A stretch of DNA of 64,000 nucleotides from Eledone cirrhosa (lineage: Eukaryota): the NCBI GenBank assembly GCA_964016885.1, contig OZ024751.1:8680001-8744000 (forward strand), read 5' to 3'. Positions 16,375-31,212 of this stretch are shown piece after piece (within the stretch, counting starts at the first letter, position 1; every line of letters starts with the position of its first letter). Both the position numbers and the translations under genes were made by a program. The notes below the pieces were generated by a model. That model had not been told where the DNA came from, ran no database searches, and worked only from the letters and a program-made list of their open reading frames with translations.

Positions 16375-18135
16375 CACATGCAAATAACAAAGCATGAGGA
16401 GTTCTTTCATGCCACAACACTCCATGAAGAAATGGCGACCATCAACCACATAGACACAACGGATGTGGTGTACGCCATAGATGAAATTAGAAAGGACTCA
16501 CCTGCTGGACCTGATCTATTTCCAGCAGTCCTCTTAAAAACGTGTAAGCAGGCCTTAGCAACTCCGCTGAAGACGGTCTTCAGAAGCTCCTTGGCTAGCG
16601 GTATACTACCCAGGGAGCTGAAAGAAGGCACACTATGCCCTATCCATAAAGGACGTAGCAGAGCGGAAACCAAAAATGATAGGCCAGTCTCGCTGACGTC
16701 ACATATTAGTAAGGTCATGTAACGTATCATCAGCAAGAAACTGACCACTTTCCTCGAGGAAAATGACCGCCTGACTAGCACGCAGCATGGCTTTCGCCCA
16801 GGAAGAAGCTGCATTACACAGCTGCTACATCACTACGACTGGCTCCTGAAAAAACTGCTAAACAGCGCACATGTGCACGTGATATATCTTGACTTTGCGA
16901 AGGCCTTTGACAAGGTCGACCACGGAATTATAAGTCACAAACTACACGGACTCGGCATAACTGGAAAAGTGGGTGAGTTGCTGCATGACTTCTTAAAGGA
17001 CAGAAGCCAGACAGTCGCAGAAAACGGGGCCCTCTCAAAGGAAACATCAATAACAAGTGGGGTGCCCCAAGGCACAGTCCTGGGACCACTACTATTTTTT
17101 GGTGGCTCTCTCAGACATGCCTTCTGTAGTACATACAACAACATCCCTCACTAGCTATGTTGATGAAACTAAGGTAGCACAAGCAATCAAAAACCCGGCT
17201 AACGCTGCTCTTTTACAACAAAATCTGGAAACCATATACAAATGGGCGGAGGACAGGAACATACAGTTTAATTCTGGCAAATTCCAAGCCCTACAATACC
17301 AACCTGCAAACACAAATACAGTATAACACAGTTACCCCGGACTAGGAGGGACCGATATCCCCGTGTCGAAATCGATGCGAAACCTGGGTATAGACATGAG
17401 CGATGATGCATCTTTTTCCTCACACATCATGAAAGTGGCGACAATATGCAGACGACTCGCTGGCTGGATCTTGCGGACTTTCCGGACAACAGAACGAGAC
17501 ACCATGTTGCCACTATGGAGAACATTTTTCCTAAGCCGCCTGGACTATTGCTCCCAGTTGTGGTCACCTCATAGTGTCAAACTAATCACGAAGCTTGAGG
17601 CAATCCAGCGAAGGTACACCAAGAGGTTTGTGACGATGAAGGAGATAAGCTAATGGGAGAGGCTAAAATAACTGAACCTCTACTCCTTGGATCGAAGACG
17701 GGAGAGATACGCAGTGATCTACATGTGGAAAGTCTTGGAGAGACTAGCACCTAACTTTGGCATTGGTAGTTGGACCATACGTCGAACAGGACGGCACTGT
17801 GTGGTGCCAAGGTTCCCAACTTCCACATGCAGAATAAGGAGCAGATATTGCAATAGCCTGGTGTTCAAGGGCCCTCATCTCGTCAACAAGCTGCCGAGGG
17901 ATCTGAGAGATCTGCATGGTGTGGATGTGGATGTCTTCAAGAAATATCTCGACACCTTGCTATCCTGGATCCCAGATGATCCCACAGCAAGGCACGAGGG
18001 AAAACTAAGGGCAGCAGCAACGAACTCCCTCTTGCACCAGTGGCCAACCAATATAGGCTGGAGATAAAATGTGTAGCAATAAGGGTGGTTAACTAGAATG
18101 GCCTCAGCCGGATGGTTGGAACAGATAAAAGAGTA
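16372..18135 (+). mobile_element. 5'-truncated decayed CR1-group LINE (RT + C-terminus)
   Basis: PAGPDLFP, RPVSLTS, QHGFRPGRSC, IYLDFAKAFDKVDH, GVPQGTVLGPLLF, YVDETK, SRLDYCSQLWSP, EAIQRRYTK, YSLDRRRERY; stops and frameshifts. Confidence 0.9.
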
Positions 18136-18913
18136 AAAGAGAATATATATATATATGTATATATATATGTTAGACACGCAGTGACTAAGAATAGAGTGTT
18201 TTAAGTCTACGTGTCTGACATATATGCGTAGCTTGTGAATACAAAATTCAAGGGGTGTCGCCGGCCGTTGTGGTGACTGCTGCCAAACATGTTTTGTTAT
18301 GTATCGTCTTATTGGCTAATTTCATCGTCTTATTCGCTAATCAACCAACGAGAGTAATTGTTGCTCCAAAACATCCGCTATTTTGTTTGCACGTTTATTT
18401 ATCGTTTCGCTTTTGAATCTTCCTCCTGTATTTCGTCGTTATCACCAAAATATTTTTTCTCATTTTTGTAAGTTATATTGTTAATTTATATATGATTTTT
18501 TAAATTTATATTAACTATTTTTGTCGGTTCGTTATAACATGCTTATAATATTGGTTGTATCATATTTACTTGTATATTTGTCCATATTATTGTTCGTTTT
18601 ATGTTAGATTATTTTATTATTATTATGTTAGATTATTTTTTTTTATTACTATGTTAGACTACTTGTATGTAATATTTAATTTTAATTCAACTATAACAAT
18701 TATTATGTAAAATATATTTATTTAATATTGATTGTTTTTTGTAGTTATTTATAATAAAAGTCTGAAAATATTTTTATACATCTTACAATAATATTTCTAT
18801 GATCATTTATAAAATAACAATTATATAATCTTATTACATTTCAACGATAATTTATTATTAATATATATCATGTTTAACTAGAGTTATTACAAGCGTTGCC
18901 AATATTAAACTAG

Positions 18914-19345
18914 ACCTGAAAAGTGCGCAAGCTCAAGAGAGCCACAGAATGTTATAATAAACCTTCAAAACTGTGGGACTAGATTTGTTGCTCAAAAATA
19001 TTGTAATCATTATCTATCGTACACTCTGTGGGATCATTTTATAAAAAAGTGACTCATAACGAACTCACGAGGACACGATAATTAATTAAGTCAATTTATA
19101 ATATAGAATTCGGTTTAAGTGCATTTCGTATAAATCATTACTAAACATCTAATATGAGATATTGAACATTAGCTTAAATAATTATCGTGACGTCTTGATT
19201 TCGTTATGAGTCTCTTTTTTATAAAAGGATGCCACAAAATGTACGATAGATATTGATTCCAATGTTTTTGAGCAACAACTCTAGTCCTACACTTTTGAAA
19301 GTGTATTATAACATTCTGTGGCTCTTTTGAGCTTGCGCATTTTTC

Positions 19346-19349
<4 letters not shown>
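18914..19349. mobile_element. MITE/foldback element with ~175-bp imperfect terminal inverted repeats
   Basis: acctgaaaagtgcgcaagctcaagagagccacagaatgttataat... versus ...attataacattctgtggctcttttgagcttgcgcatttttcaggt; ~80-bp spacer. Confidence 0.75.
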
Positions 19350-19401
<52 letters not shown>

Positions 19402-20144
19402 TTAATATAGAAGAGATTCTACAGGACTAGAACTGTTTCATTCATTAGAAATCATCAGGAATCTGGGTATCAAAAAATAAATATGGTATTTATAGGTCTC
19501 TACAAGTGGTAGGAGAGGGTGGGGAGTGGGATGGGTGCAGGTCATTGGTTGATAGAAAAGGGAATTCATTAAAAGCTAATTCTACAAGGCTATAGTTTAT
19601 TTTTATTTTTTTTTATATTTATTTATGTTTTTAGAGTAACAAAGGCAGACAGAATTCTATAAACAGGTTCCGGATGGCATACCATTCCTTGTCAATAAGT
19701 TTCTCTTAAGCTAACAGATGTCTATAAAGTCAGTGGGGGGTCAGTCATGGTCGATAGAATTAAAGAAAAGGGAGATTCTTTAAAAGCTAAAGTCATTAAG
19801 GTTCTACTAAGTGACAAAGGTCTAGAGAATTCTGCAGACAGATTCAAAATACTGAGTGCATATCTTACTATTATCTTCGAACTTCTCTTAAACTAATCAA
19901 CTATATGCCAAAAATCAACAGACACATTCACAAAAAAACAAAAAAACAAAAAAACAAAAAAAACACATACTCACTCACACACTTATGCGCAACCATAAAC
20001 ACACACACAAACACATATACACACATAAAAACACACACACATATAAAAAAAATATATAAATATATATAAATATAAATATATATTCATGTACACGCACATA
20101 CATACACACATACATACATACATACATATACAATACATATACAC

Positions 20145-20185
<41 letters not shown>

Positions 20186-20210
20186 CATACATATATACAT
20201 ATACACAGAT

Positions 20211-20275
<65 letters not shown>

Positions 20276-20392
20276 TACACACACACATACACATACATAC
20301 ACACACACACATACATATATACACAAGTAAATACACTCACACGCATACATACAAACACGAGTATACATATGTATAAGTATTTATACACACAT

Positions 20393-20429
<37 letters not shown>

Positions 20430-20436
20430 AACACAT

Positions 20437-20469
<33 letters not shown>

Positions 20470-20480
20470 CATATATATAA

Positions 20481-20537
<57 letters not shown>

Positions 20538-20964
20538 TATATACACACATATATATACATATATATATATACACACATATATATATATATATATACATAT
20601 ATATACATACACACATATATACACATATAAATATATATATACACATATATACATATATATATATCCATACATATACAAACATACACATACATACACAGAC
20701 CTATACATAAATATACAAATATATATACAGACATATAACGCGCATATACACACACACACATACATATACACATATATATACATACATATATATATATATA
20801 CATATATATACATATATACATATATATACACATATATATATATATATACATACATACACATATACACATACACATACACATATACATATATATACACACA
20901 CGCGCATACACACATACACACACCCACACACAAAATATATATACACACTCTCTCTCTCACGCAC

Positions 20965-20995
<31 letters not shown>

Positions 20996-21270
20996 TGCAT
21001 ACACATACACATATATATACACACACATATACATACACATATATATACATATACACACATATATACACCTATACACATATACACATATATATATATATAT
21101 ATACACACACATACACACACATATACACACATATATACATACATACACACATACACAAACACAGACACATACAAATACACATATATATACACACATATAT
21201 ATACACACATACACACACACACATACACACACATACATACATATACATATATATATATATATACACACAC

Positions 21271-21306
<36 letters not shown>

Positions 21307-21518
21307 ATACATACATATATATATATATACATACATACACACACATACACACACACATACATACACACGTTCTAGTCCTGTAGAATCTCTTCTATATTAA
21401 AACTGTTATACTCTGCCATGTATTGAGTACCTTACTTACTGTGGTTACTTCCGATTCAACCCGGAATAACGTACATTTTAGCACTCTCTGTGCCCCTTAT
21501 AACCATCATCAAGAAACT

Positions 21519-23660
21519 ATGCTGACCAAACTCGACCTTGATATTTCCTTGAAGAACATCCCTATCCCTCCAAGGAAACTATACTTAAAAACACTCATCA
21601 GACGTACCGACGAGTTCATCAAGCGAATTAGATGGAGGGCCTTCTTCCTCGACAACCCTGATGTAGCATCTACCATTGATGAGAAGTTCGGCTTCAAAAC
21701 GAATAAGACACCACCCACCAACAGCCTACTCCAACCATTTGAAGAAGACCTCTTCAAGATGATCAAGGATATTAAATTCCGTAGAGCCACCACACCATTC
21801 CAGGCCTACTTAAATGCCGAATTACGGAAAATAAAAAAATCCCCTAATCTTTATGTCTCCTCCGATAAAACCAAAAACGTTTATGAGGTAGACCCACAGA
21901 CCTACAACAAGCTGGCAAAAAATACCATCACGACCACCTACAAAAAGGTAATAGAGAGGGCGCTGACTGAGACAAACGCGGCCGGAAAAGAAATCGCCAA
22001 GTCCCTTAAATTACATGACCGAACCGAACCTTTAAGGGTAAAGACCCCGCACTTTACCCTGAAGGACCATAAGGGAAATTTCCTCAACAAACCATCAGTC
22101 AGACTTATCAACCCCACTCGTTCTGACATCGGCTCTATCAGTAAGAAGATCCTGGATAGAGTTCTACCATCATTGCGGGCAGACTCACCACTTCCACTCT
22201 GGAGTAGAACATCTGAGGCAATATCATGGTTCCAAGAATTACCCGATAAACACCACACTCGCTTCCTGCAACTCGACATAGAAAACTACTATGCCTCTAT
22301 CTCGGAGCCCCTCCTGAAGGACGCAATTAACTTTGCCAGGAATTTTACCACCATTACCGATGCTGAGCAAGTTATTATCCTCCACGCTCGTAAGACCTTT
22401 CTATACCACGATGGATCTTACTGGATCAACAAGAAATCTCAGACCCCATTTGACGTTAGCATGGTGGCGAGCGACTCGGCTGAAATTAGCGATCTTGTGG
22501 GCCTGTACATCCTACATAACCTGAAGAACCTCTTTACCGGCCTAACTGGAGGTTTATACCGAGACGACGGCCTCTTCGCCCTGCATAAGGTTAGCCCCAG
22601 AACCACCGATGGGTTTCGGAAAAACTTAAGCTCTTTCTTCTCTAATCTAGGATTTAGTATAACTATAGATTCTAATTTGACTAGGGCCAACTTCTTAGAT
22701 GTCACTCTCGACCTAGATACTTCCCTCTATTACCCGTACCACAAACCTAACGAGTCCCTTAAATATATTAATGTTAATTCTAACCACCCCCAAAACATCA
22801 CTGATAACCTAGTAAAAAGCGTCTCTATTAGAATATCTGGCCTCTCCGCCAACAAAGATATTTTTAATACATCTGCCTCCTACTACAATGACGCCCTAGC
22901 CCGTAGCGGATTTAAAGATAAGATAACTTACATAGAAACCACCGCAAAATTGCAGAGGAGGAATAGACATAGGCAGATTAGCTGGTACAACCCTCCCTTC
23001 AATAGAGAGGTATCTACTCCGATAGCTAGGATTTTCTTCACTTTACTGAAATTACACTTCCCCATACAACATAGGTACTTCACCATCTTTAATAAGAACA
23101 CTATAAGACTGTCTTACTCCACCACACCTAACCTAGCTAGGAATATAGCCAACCACAACTCTAAACTAAATAAGCCAACCACCTCCGAAACCAATCCCCG
23201 GACTGGGGCTCTATGTAATTGCCTTAATAAGGAAGCATACCCACTAGAAAACAAATGCCTCACAAATGACATCGTATACAAATGCGATGTCATCTCAGGC
23301 ACCGAGGATTGCAAAAAAACTTACATCGGCATGACCTCCAACAACTTTAAGACCCGTTGGTATGCCCATACCCACTCATTCAGAGGACCGGATAAATCAA
23401 ATCAAACAACACTCGCCTCCTACGTTTGGGACCTCAAAAGGAACTCCACCCCCTTCACGCTTAATTGGAAAATACTCCAGAAAGCGCGCTCTTACAACGG
23501 AGGACACAAGGGCTGCGACATTTGTATTTCAGAGAGCTACGAAATTTTATTCGCCAAGGGCCCGCTACTGAACAAACTCTCTGAACACTGCCCGAACTGC
23601 ATGCACAAGAACTTTGCAACATTCAAACACTTTAAGCCAGTGTTAAAGCCCGATGGCTAA
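21519..23660 (+). CDS. PLE reverse transcriptase + GIY-YIG endonuclease (Naiad clade), ~713 aa from the first ATG
   Basis: [82 protein letters not shown]; no internal stop. Confidence 0.93.
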   Translation: MLTKLDLDISLKNIPIPPRKLYLKTLIRRTDEFIKRIRWRAFFLDNPDVASTIDEKFGFKTNKTPPTNSLLQPFEEDLFKMIKDIKFRRATTPFQAYLNAELRKIKKSPNLYVSSDKTKNVYEVDPQTYNKLAKNTITTTYKKVIERALTETNAAGKEIAKSLKLHDRTEPLRVKTPHFTLKDHKGNFLNKPSVRLINPTRSDIGSISKKILDRVLPSLRADSPLPLWSRTSEAISWFQELPDKHHTRFLQLDIENYYASISEPLLKDAINFARNFTTITDAEQVIILHARKTFLYHDGSYWINKKSQTPFDVSMVASDSAEISDLVGLYILHNLKNLFTGLTGGLYRDDGLFALHKVSPRTTDGFRKNLSSFFSNLGFSITIDSNLTRANFLDVTLDLDTSLYYPYHKPNESLKYINVNSNHPQNITDNLVKSVSIRISGLSANKDIFNTSASYYNDALARSGFKDKITYIETTAKLQRRNRHRQISWYNPPFNREVSTPIARIFFTLLKLHFPIQHRYFTIFNKNTIRLSYSTTPNLARNIANHNSKLNKPTTSETNPRTGALCNCLNKEAYPLENKCLTNDIVYKCDVISGTEDCKKTYIGMTSNNFKTRWYAHTHSFRGPDKSNQTTLASYVWDLKRNSTPFTLNWKILQKARSYNGGHKGCDICISESYEILFAKGPLLNKLSEHCPNCMHKNFATFKHFKPVLKPDG

Positions 23661-23878
23661 AAACGACCTCCCCCTATTGGCCCCTATACCTCCTCCCCAC
23701 CCTACCCCCACCCCTCCTCAACCTGAAACACGGCCACTATGGATATGTGAGTACTTCTTTCGTATCTACATTTTCTGCCTGTAGAGGTGTCTTTATGTGC
23801 CTGCGTATATGCGTATATTTATTGAGTACCTATTTACTTGTATGTGTATATATTTGTTTGTATATGTGTATATGTGTA

Positions 23879-23917
<39 letters not shown>

Positions 23918-24034
23918 GTGTATATATATATGTTTGTGTGTATATGTGTTTTATGTGTGTATATTTATGTATGTATATGTATGTATATGTTTGTGTATGT
24001 GTATGTATATATATATGTATATATATATATATAT

Positions 24035-24108
<74 letters not shown>

Positions 24109-24225
24109 ATATGTGTATATATGTGTTTGTATGTATGTATGTATGTATGTATGTATGTTTATGTATATGTATGTGTATGTGTGTATGTATGTGCGTGTAT
24201 ATGTGTATATATATGTGTATATGTA

Positions 24226-24269
<44 letters not shown>

Positions 24270-24329
24270 TATATTTTTGTGTGTGTATGTATGTGTATAT
24301 GTATGTATGTGTGTATGTGTGTGTGTATG

Positions 24330-24364
<35 letters not shown>

Positions 24365-24386
24365 GTATGTATGTATGTGTGTGCGC

Positions 24387-24458
<72 letters not shown>

Positions 24459-24494
24459 GTATGTATATATATATGTATATGGTTGTGTGGGCAG

Positions 24495-24540
<46 letters not shown>

Positions 24541-24545
24541 GTGTA

Positions 24546-24634
<89 letters not shown>

Positions 24635-24696
24635 TTGTATGTATATATGTATATATGTGTGTATGTGTGTGTGTGTATATGTATGTATATATATGT

Positions 24697-24750
<54 letters not shown>

Positions 24751-24837
24751 ATGTGTGTATATATTTATATATGTGTATTTGTATGTATGTGTACGTGTGT
24801 ATGTATGTGTGTGTATGTATGTATATATATATGTATG

Positions 24838-24880
<43 letters not shown>

Positions 24881-25153
24881 GTGTGTGTATATATATATAT
24901 ATATATGTATATGTATGTATGTGTGTGTATGTGTGTGTGTGTATGTGTGTATATATATGTGTGTATATATATGTGTATTTGTATGTGTCTGTGTTTGTGT
25001 ATGTGTGTATGTATGTATATATGTGTGTATATGTGTGTGTATGTGTGTGTATATATATATATATGTGTATATGTGTATAGATGTATATATGTGTGTATAT
25101 GTATATATATGTGTATGTATATGTGTGTGTATATATATGTGTATGTGTATGAA

Positions 25154-25184
<31 letters not shown>

Positions 25185-25529
25185 GTGCGTGAGAGAGAGA
25201 GTGTGTATATATATTTTGTGTGTGGGTGTGTGTATGTGTGTATGCGCGTGTGTGTATATATATGTATATGTGTATGTGTATGTGTATATGTGTATGTATA
25301 TATATATATATATGTGTATATATATGTATATATGTATATATATGTATATATATATATATGTATGTATATATATGTGTATATGTATGTGTGTGTGTGTATA
25401 TGCGCGTTATATGTCTGTATATATATATTTGTATATTTATGTATAGGTCTGTGTATGTATGTGTATGTTTGTATATGTATGGATATATATATATGTGTAT
25501 ATATATATGTATATATATGTGTGTATATA

Positions 25530-25590
<61 letters not shown>

Positions 25591-25601
25591 TTATATATAT
25601 G

Positions 25602-25692
<91 letters not shown>

Positions 25693-25817
25693 ATGTGTGT
25701 ATAAATATTTATACATATGTATACTCGTGTTTGTATGTATGCGTGTGAGTGTATTTACTTGTGTATATATGTATGTGTGCGTGTGTATGTATGTGTATGT
25801 GTGTGTGTATCTGTGTG

Positions 25818-25856
<39 letters not shown>

Positions 25857-25881
25857 ATATGTGTATATGTATATATGTATG

Positions 25882-25940
<59 letters not shown>

Positions 25941-26623
25941 GTGTATATGTATCGTATATGTATGTATGTATGTATGTATGTGTGTATGTATGTGCGTGTA
26001 CATGAATATATATTTATATTTATATATATTTATATATTTTTTATATATGTGTGTCTGTTTTTATGTGTGTATATGTGTTTGTGTGTGTGTTTATGGTTGC
26101 GCATAAGTGTGTGAGTGACTATGTGTTTTTTTGTTTTTTCGTTTTTTTGTTTTTTTGTGAATGTGTCTGTTGATTTTTGGCATATAGTTGATTAGTTTAA
26201 GAGAAGTTCCAAGATAATAGTAAGATATGCACTCAGTATTTTGAATCTGTCTGCAGAAGTCTCTAGACCTTTGTCACTTAGTAGAACCTTAATGACTTTA
26301 GCTTTTAAAGAATCTCCCTTTTCTTTAATTCTATCGACTATGACTGACCCCCCACTGACTTTATAGACATCTGTTAGCTTAAGAGAAACTTATTGACAAG
26401 GAATGGTATGCCATCCGGAACCTGTTTATAGAATTCTGTCTGCCTTTGTTACTCTAAAAACATAAATAAATATAAATAAAAATAAAAATAAACTATAGCC
26501 TTGTAGAATTAGCTTTTAATGAATTCCCTTTTCTATCAACCAATGACTTGCACCCATCCCACTCCCCACCCTCTCCTACCACTTGTAGAGACCTATAAAT
26601 ACCATATTTATTTTTTGATACCC

Positions 26624-26674
26624 AGATTCCTGATGATTTCTAATGAATGAAACAGTTCTAGTCCTGTAGAATCT
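26624..26674 (+). ncRNA. Type I hammerhead ribozyme in the Naiad pLTR (inverted copies at 19414-19464 and 6748-6795)
   Basis: agattc-CTGATGA-tttc/taat/gaat-GAAA-cag..ctg-TA-gaatct. Confidence 0.88.
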
Positions 26675-26757
26675 CTTCTATATTAAAACTGTTATACTCT
26701 GCCATGTATTGAGTACCTTACTTACTGTGGTTACCTCCGATTCAACCCGGAATAACG

Positions 26758-26792
<35 letters not shown>

Positions 26793-26800
26793 ATATATGC

Positions 26801-26966
<166 letters not shown>

Positions 26967-26989
26967 GTATATATATATATATATGTATA

Positions 26990-27046
<57 letters not shown>

Positions 27047-27056
27047 GTATATGTAT

Positions 27057-27090
<34 letters not shown>

Positions 27091-27124
27091 GTATATGTAT
27101 ATATATATATGTATATGTATATAT

Positions 27125-27156
<32 letters not shown>

Positions 27157-27157
27157 T

Positions 27158-27266
<109 letters not shown>

Positions 27267-28601
27267 CAACAAAGAACGCTTAGAGCATAGGTATATCTTT
27301 ACTTGCTGACAGTGTTTCGTCCACACTATAAGTGGGATTCATCAGAGCATAAAGAGTGATTACATATTACACAAGCAATAACAAATCCAAGACATTGAAG
27401 AAATAAAAAATAAACATTGAAAAATAAGCATTGAAAAATAATAAGAAGTGCAAACAGTCACAGTTGGGCAGGGTGCTGTTAACATACAGTTACATACAAG
27501 CATACGCATAAGCATGAGCACCCACATGCAACCACACAACAGGCAGCCATATGCAACACATATAGTATAGACTAATACAAATAACCAATACAATAACATA
27601 TAGACTAATACAAATAACTAATACAATAACATATCATGGACGAGTATGCAAAAGCTAAGAGATGAATGGTGGATATATAATGGGTAAAAATACCATGGGT
27701 AAAAGTAAGATAAACAAAGGATAGAAATAGGTTAACCATAGATAAAAAATAGATTAACAAGGATAAGAGAAAGAGAATAGATAAGGAATAGACAAGAATA
27801 GATAAGATAGATAGGAGTAGATAAAAATAGATAAAAAATAGATAAAAAATGGAGAAAAAATAGACAAATAATATATATAAAAAATATAAAAAATATATAT
27901 ATAAAAAATACAGATAGTAGAGATAAAGGGTAAAGAATAAAATTAAATTAAATTAAAATTAAAATTATATAAAATAAAATACAATGAAATAAAATAAAAT
28001 AAAATAAAATAAAGTAAAGTGAGATAAGATATATATTTTTAGAATATATTTCTTGAATATATCAGGGGCACACTAAGGGTGGCTATGCGAGCGTGGATGG
28101 GTCACATCCACTGTGCCAAACAGGGGTGCTTATTAACATACACACCAACTCACAAGTACACCTCAATATCCAGATCCATATTCTCCCGCAGGCATACGTA
28201 TACACACAGACTCATATACATAGGAGACAAACAATAGGAAACAATTACACACAATAAGAGACAGTTACATAAGATAGCCCAACTGGAGAATTAAGAAAGT
28301 GCTAGCTAGTAGGTTTAAAGTAGAAGAAAGAGCTTAATATTCGGTGGGGGCAAGAGGAAAATATTTCTGACTTTCTGTTTATAGAGAGCATTTAGCAAAT
28401 ATAATAGAGTGGGATTCAGCAAGGCATAGGTTACATACTCTATTATGAGGAGTATATGGATGGGATTTAGCAACCTGCCGCCAAGTGAGGGTGTAATGTG
28501 TTCGTGCATTTTTTAAATTGTGGATAGATACTAGTAAGTATAATATAGTGCGCATTAGGAAAAAGCTGCATAGTGCGCATTAGGAAAAAGCTGCATAGTT
28601 T

Positions 28602-28817
28602 CTAAAAAATGCACGAACACATTACACCCTCACTTGGCGGCAGGTTGCTAAATCCCATCCATATACTCCTCATAATAGAGTATGTAACCTATGCCTTGCT
28701 GAATCCCACTCTATTATATTTGCTAAATGCTCTCTACTAAACAGAAAGTCAGAAATATTTTCCTCTTGCCCCCACCGAATATTAAGCTCTTTCTTCTACT
28801 TTAAACCTATTAGCTAG
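28602..28817 (+). pseudogene. C-terminal 71 aa of a Naiad GIY-YIG domain
   Basis: LKNARTHYTLTWRQVAKSHPYTPHNRVCNLCLAESHSIIFAKCSLLNRKSEIFSSCPHR..FKPIS* aligns with the end of the 21519-23660 ORF; not in the supplied ORF track. Confidence 0.85.
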
Positions 28818-31011
28818 CACTTTCTTAATTCTCCAGTTGGGCTATCTTATGTAACTGTCTCTTATTGTGTGTAATTGTTTCCTATTGTTTGTCTCCTATG
28901 TATATGAGTCTGTGTGTGTATACGTATGCCTGCGGGAGAATATGGATCTGGATATTGAGGTGTACTTGTGAGTTGGTGTGTATGTTAATAAGCACCCCTG
29001 TTTGGCACAGTGGATGTGACCCATCCACGCTCGCATAGCCACCCTTAGTGCATTGGTGAGTCTATCCCAACGTGTATTTTGCGGATCTGTACATCTGTAT
29101 GCGCACGAGTTATGATGTAATATATCTATGTAGAGCGTGTACTGCGATATAGGCTGTACAAATGGAAATCTAGCCCGTAACTGTGGGCGGACCTGTGCCA
29201 TCTCGCCGTGAGCGGTGGATACGTAGCACATGCACGTGTTACCCTCCTATTCTGTGGTTTAAGATCTACAGGCTGACTTCGGAGAGCTCTTGCCCGGTGT
29301 TGTAGTCTTTCTAGCACAATCGGCCTTCCATATATTGACGGTCGTTGTTATTATTCCAAAAGTAACGTTTTGGCCCCGATAGCCCTCCGTAGTTATTAAC
29401 GGTCTGTTTACACTCGAATCGGACTACACGTGTGGATATCTTCGTAGGAGTTTACTTTGATCAATTTTGCTGCATCTCCTCGTAAGAATTTATCTTGAAT
29501 GTATTATCTGTGACCAGTGTGAGCGACTGTTCTGCCTGTGTTGGCCTAATGTGATATTTCTGTGTATTATATCCACTTTGACCCGGGTGTCCTACGCTGT
29601 GTGTGTGTGCGTGTGTGTCTGTATATACATCTATATGTGTATGGGTGTAGGTGGTTGTATATGTCTATGTATAAATATATATATATATGTATACCGTCTC
29701 TGCATATGCATGTCGTGTGTGTATATGCATATACGTACTAACCATATTGTTGTATAATCTTGGGATGCATCAATGTTGTGATCTCATGGACATTGGCATT
29801 TGAAGCTATTTTTTATATATTTTTTATATGCGCTGTTGAGTATGCATATTAACCCGCCTAATCCAACTGTATTTGCTTGCTTTCGGCTATCCCACCTGCA
29901 CTTGCTTGCTTTCGGCCCGCTTATCTGCCTCTTGATGTTCATGTTGATGTAAACGATTTTGCTTGCTACCTTGTGACGTTGTGACACTCAGTTATCTGCC
30001 CGTGAATTTACCTCCCTTGCATACGTCCTCGCTGGTGATGTGGATATGCCTCTGTTGACCAATGGATTCCTGCCTTGAGTGTGAACCTTTTGTGATTGCC
30101 TCACCGCTCAACTGTGTGAGTGCACACCCGTGACTTTAGAGTGTGAACTTCTGCGACTGCCTAACCTGGGATGTCTCCATTGCATTGCAATGGTCAACTC
30201 AATCGAGTGTGGACATAGCACCTGTTGATTATAAACCTCATTTGTGCATTTGATTGTTGTGATATGGCTAAATGTAACACTCAAGGCGTTCGTGTGCCCC
30301 TGATATATTCAAGAAATATATTCTAAAAATATATATCTTATCTCACTTTACTTTATTTTATTTTATTTTATTTCATTGTATTTTATTTTATATAATTTTA
30401 ATTTTAATTTAATTTAATTTTATTCTTTACCCTTTATCTCTACTATCTGTATTTTTTATATATATATTTTTTATATTTTTTATATATATTATTTGTCTAT
30501 TTTTTATCCATTTTTTATCTATTTTTTATCTATTTTTATCTACTCCTATCTATCTTATCTATTCTTGTCTATTGCTTATCTATTCTCTTTCTCTTATCCA
30601 TGGTTAATCTATTTTTTATCTATGGTTAACCTATTTCTATCCTTTATTTATCTTACTTTTACCCATGGTATTTTTACCCATTGTATATCCACCATTCATC
30701 TCTTAGCTTTTGCATAGTCGTCCATGATATGTTATTGTATTAGTTATTTGTATTAGTCTATATGTTATTGTATTGGTTATTTGTATTAGTCTATACTATA
30801 TATGTTGCATATGGCTAACTGTTGTGTGGTTGCATGTGGGTGCTCATGCTTATGCGTATGCTTGTATGTAACGGTATGTTAACAGCACTCTGCCCAACTG
30901 TGACTGTTTGCACTTCTTATTATTTTTCAATGCTTATTTTTCAATGTTTATTTTTTATTTCTTCAATGTCTTGGATTTGTTATTGCTTGTGTAATATGTA
31001 ATCACTCTTTA

Positions 31012-31057
31012 TGCTCTGATGAGTCCCACTTATAGTGTGGACGAAACACTGTCAGCA
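31012..31057 (+). ncRNA. Canonical-core type I hammerhead ribozyme (inverted copy at 27304-27349)
   Basis: tgct-CTGATGA-gtcc cac/ttata/gtg t ggac-GAAA-cactg-TC-agca. Confidence 0.9.
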
Positions 31058-31212
31058 AGTAAAGATATACCTATGCTCTAAGCGTTCTTTGTTGTTAATT
31101 ATATTACGGCTCTGTCCTCAGACATCGAGCTAACCTTATACTGCCTATTGGATAAGTGGAGTGTTACACACTCCTGATCCTCTCCCTTATATACTATATA
31201 TATATATATATA

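Larger units (their letters stand above)
19398..26759 (+). mobile_element. Full-length Naiad-type Penelope-like element with a 5' inverted pLTR
   Basis: 19398-21370 is the reverse complement of ~24793-26690; direct repeat 21369-21473 = 26655-26759; single RT+GIY-YIG ORF; HHR in the pLTR; (TA)n on both sides. Confidence 0.93.

Noticed and set aside
21519-23750. Selenoprotein/SECIS-type Naiad
   Set aside because: The ORF has no in-frame TGA and ends in TAA
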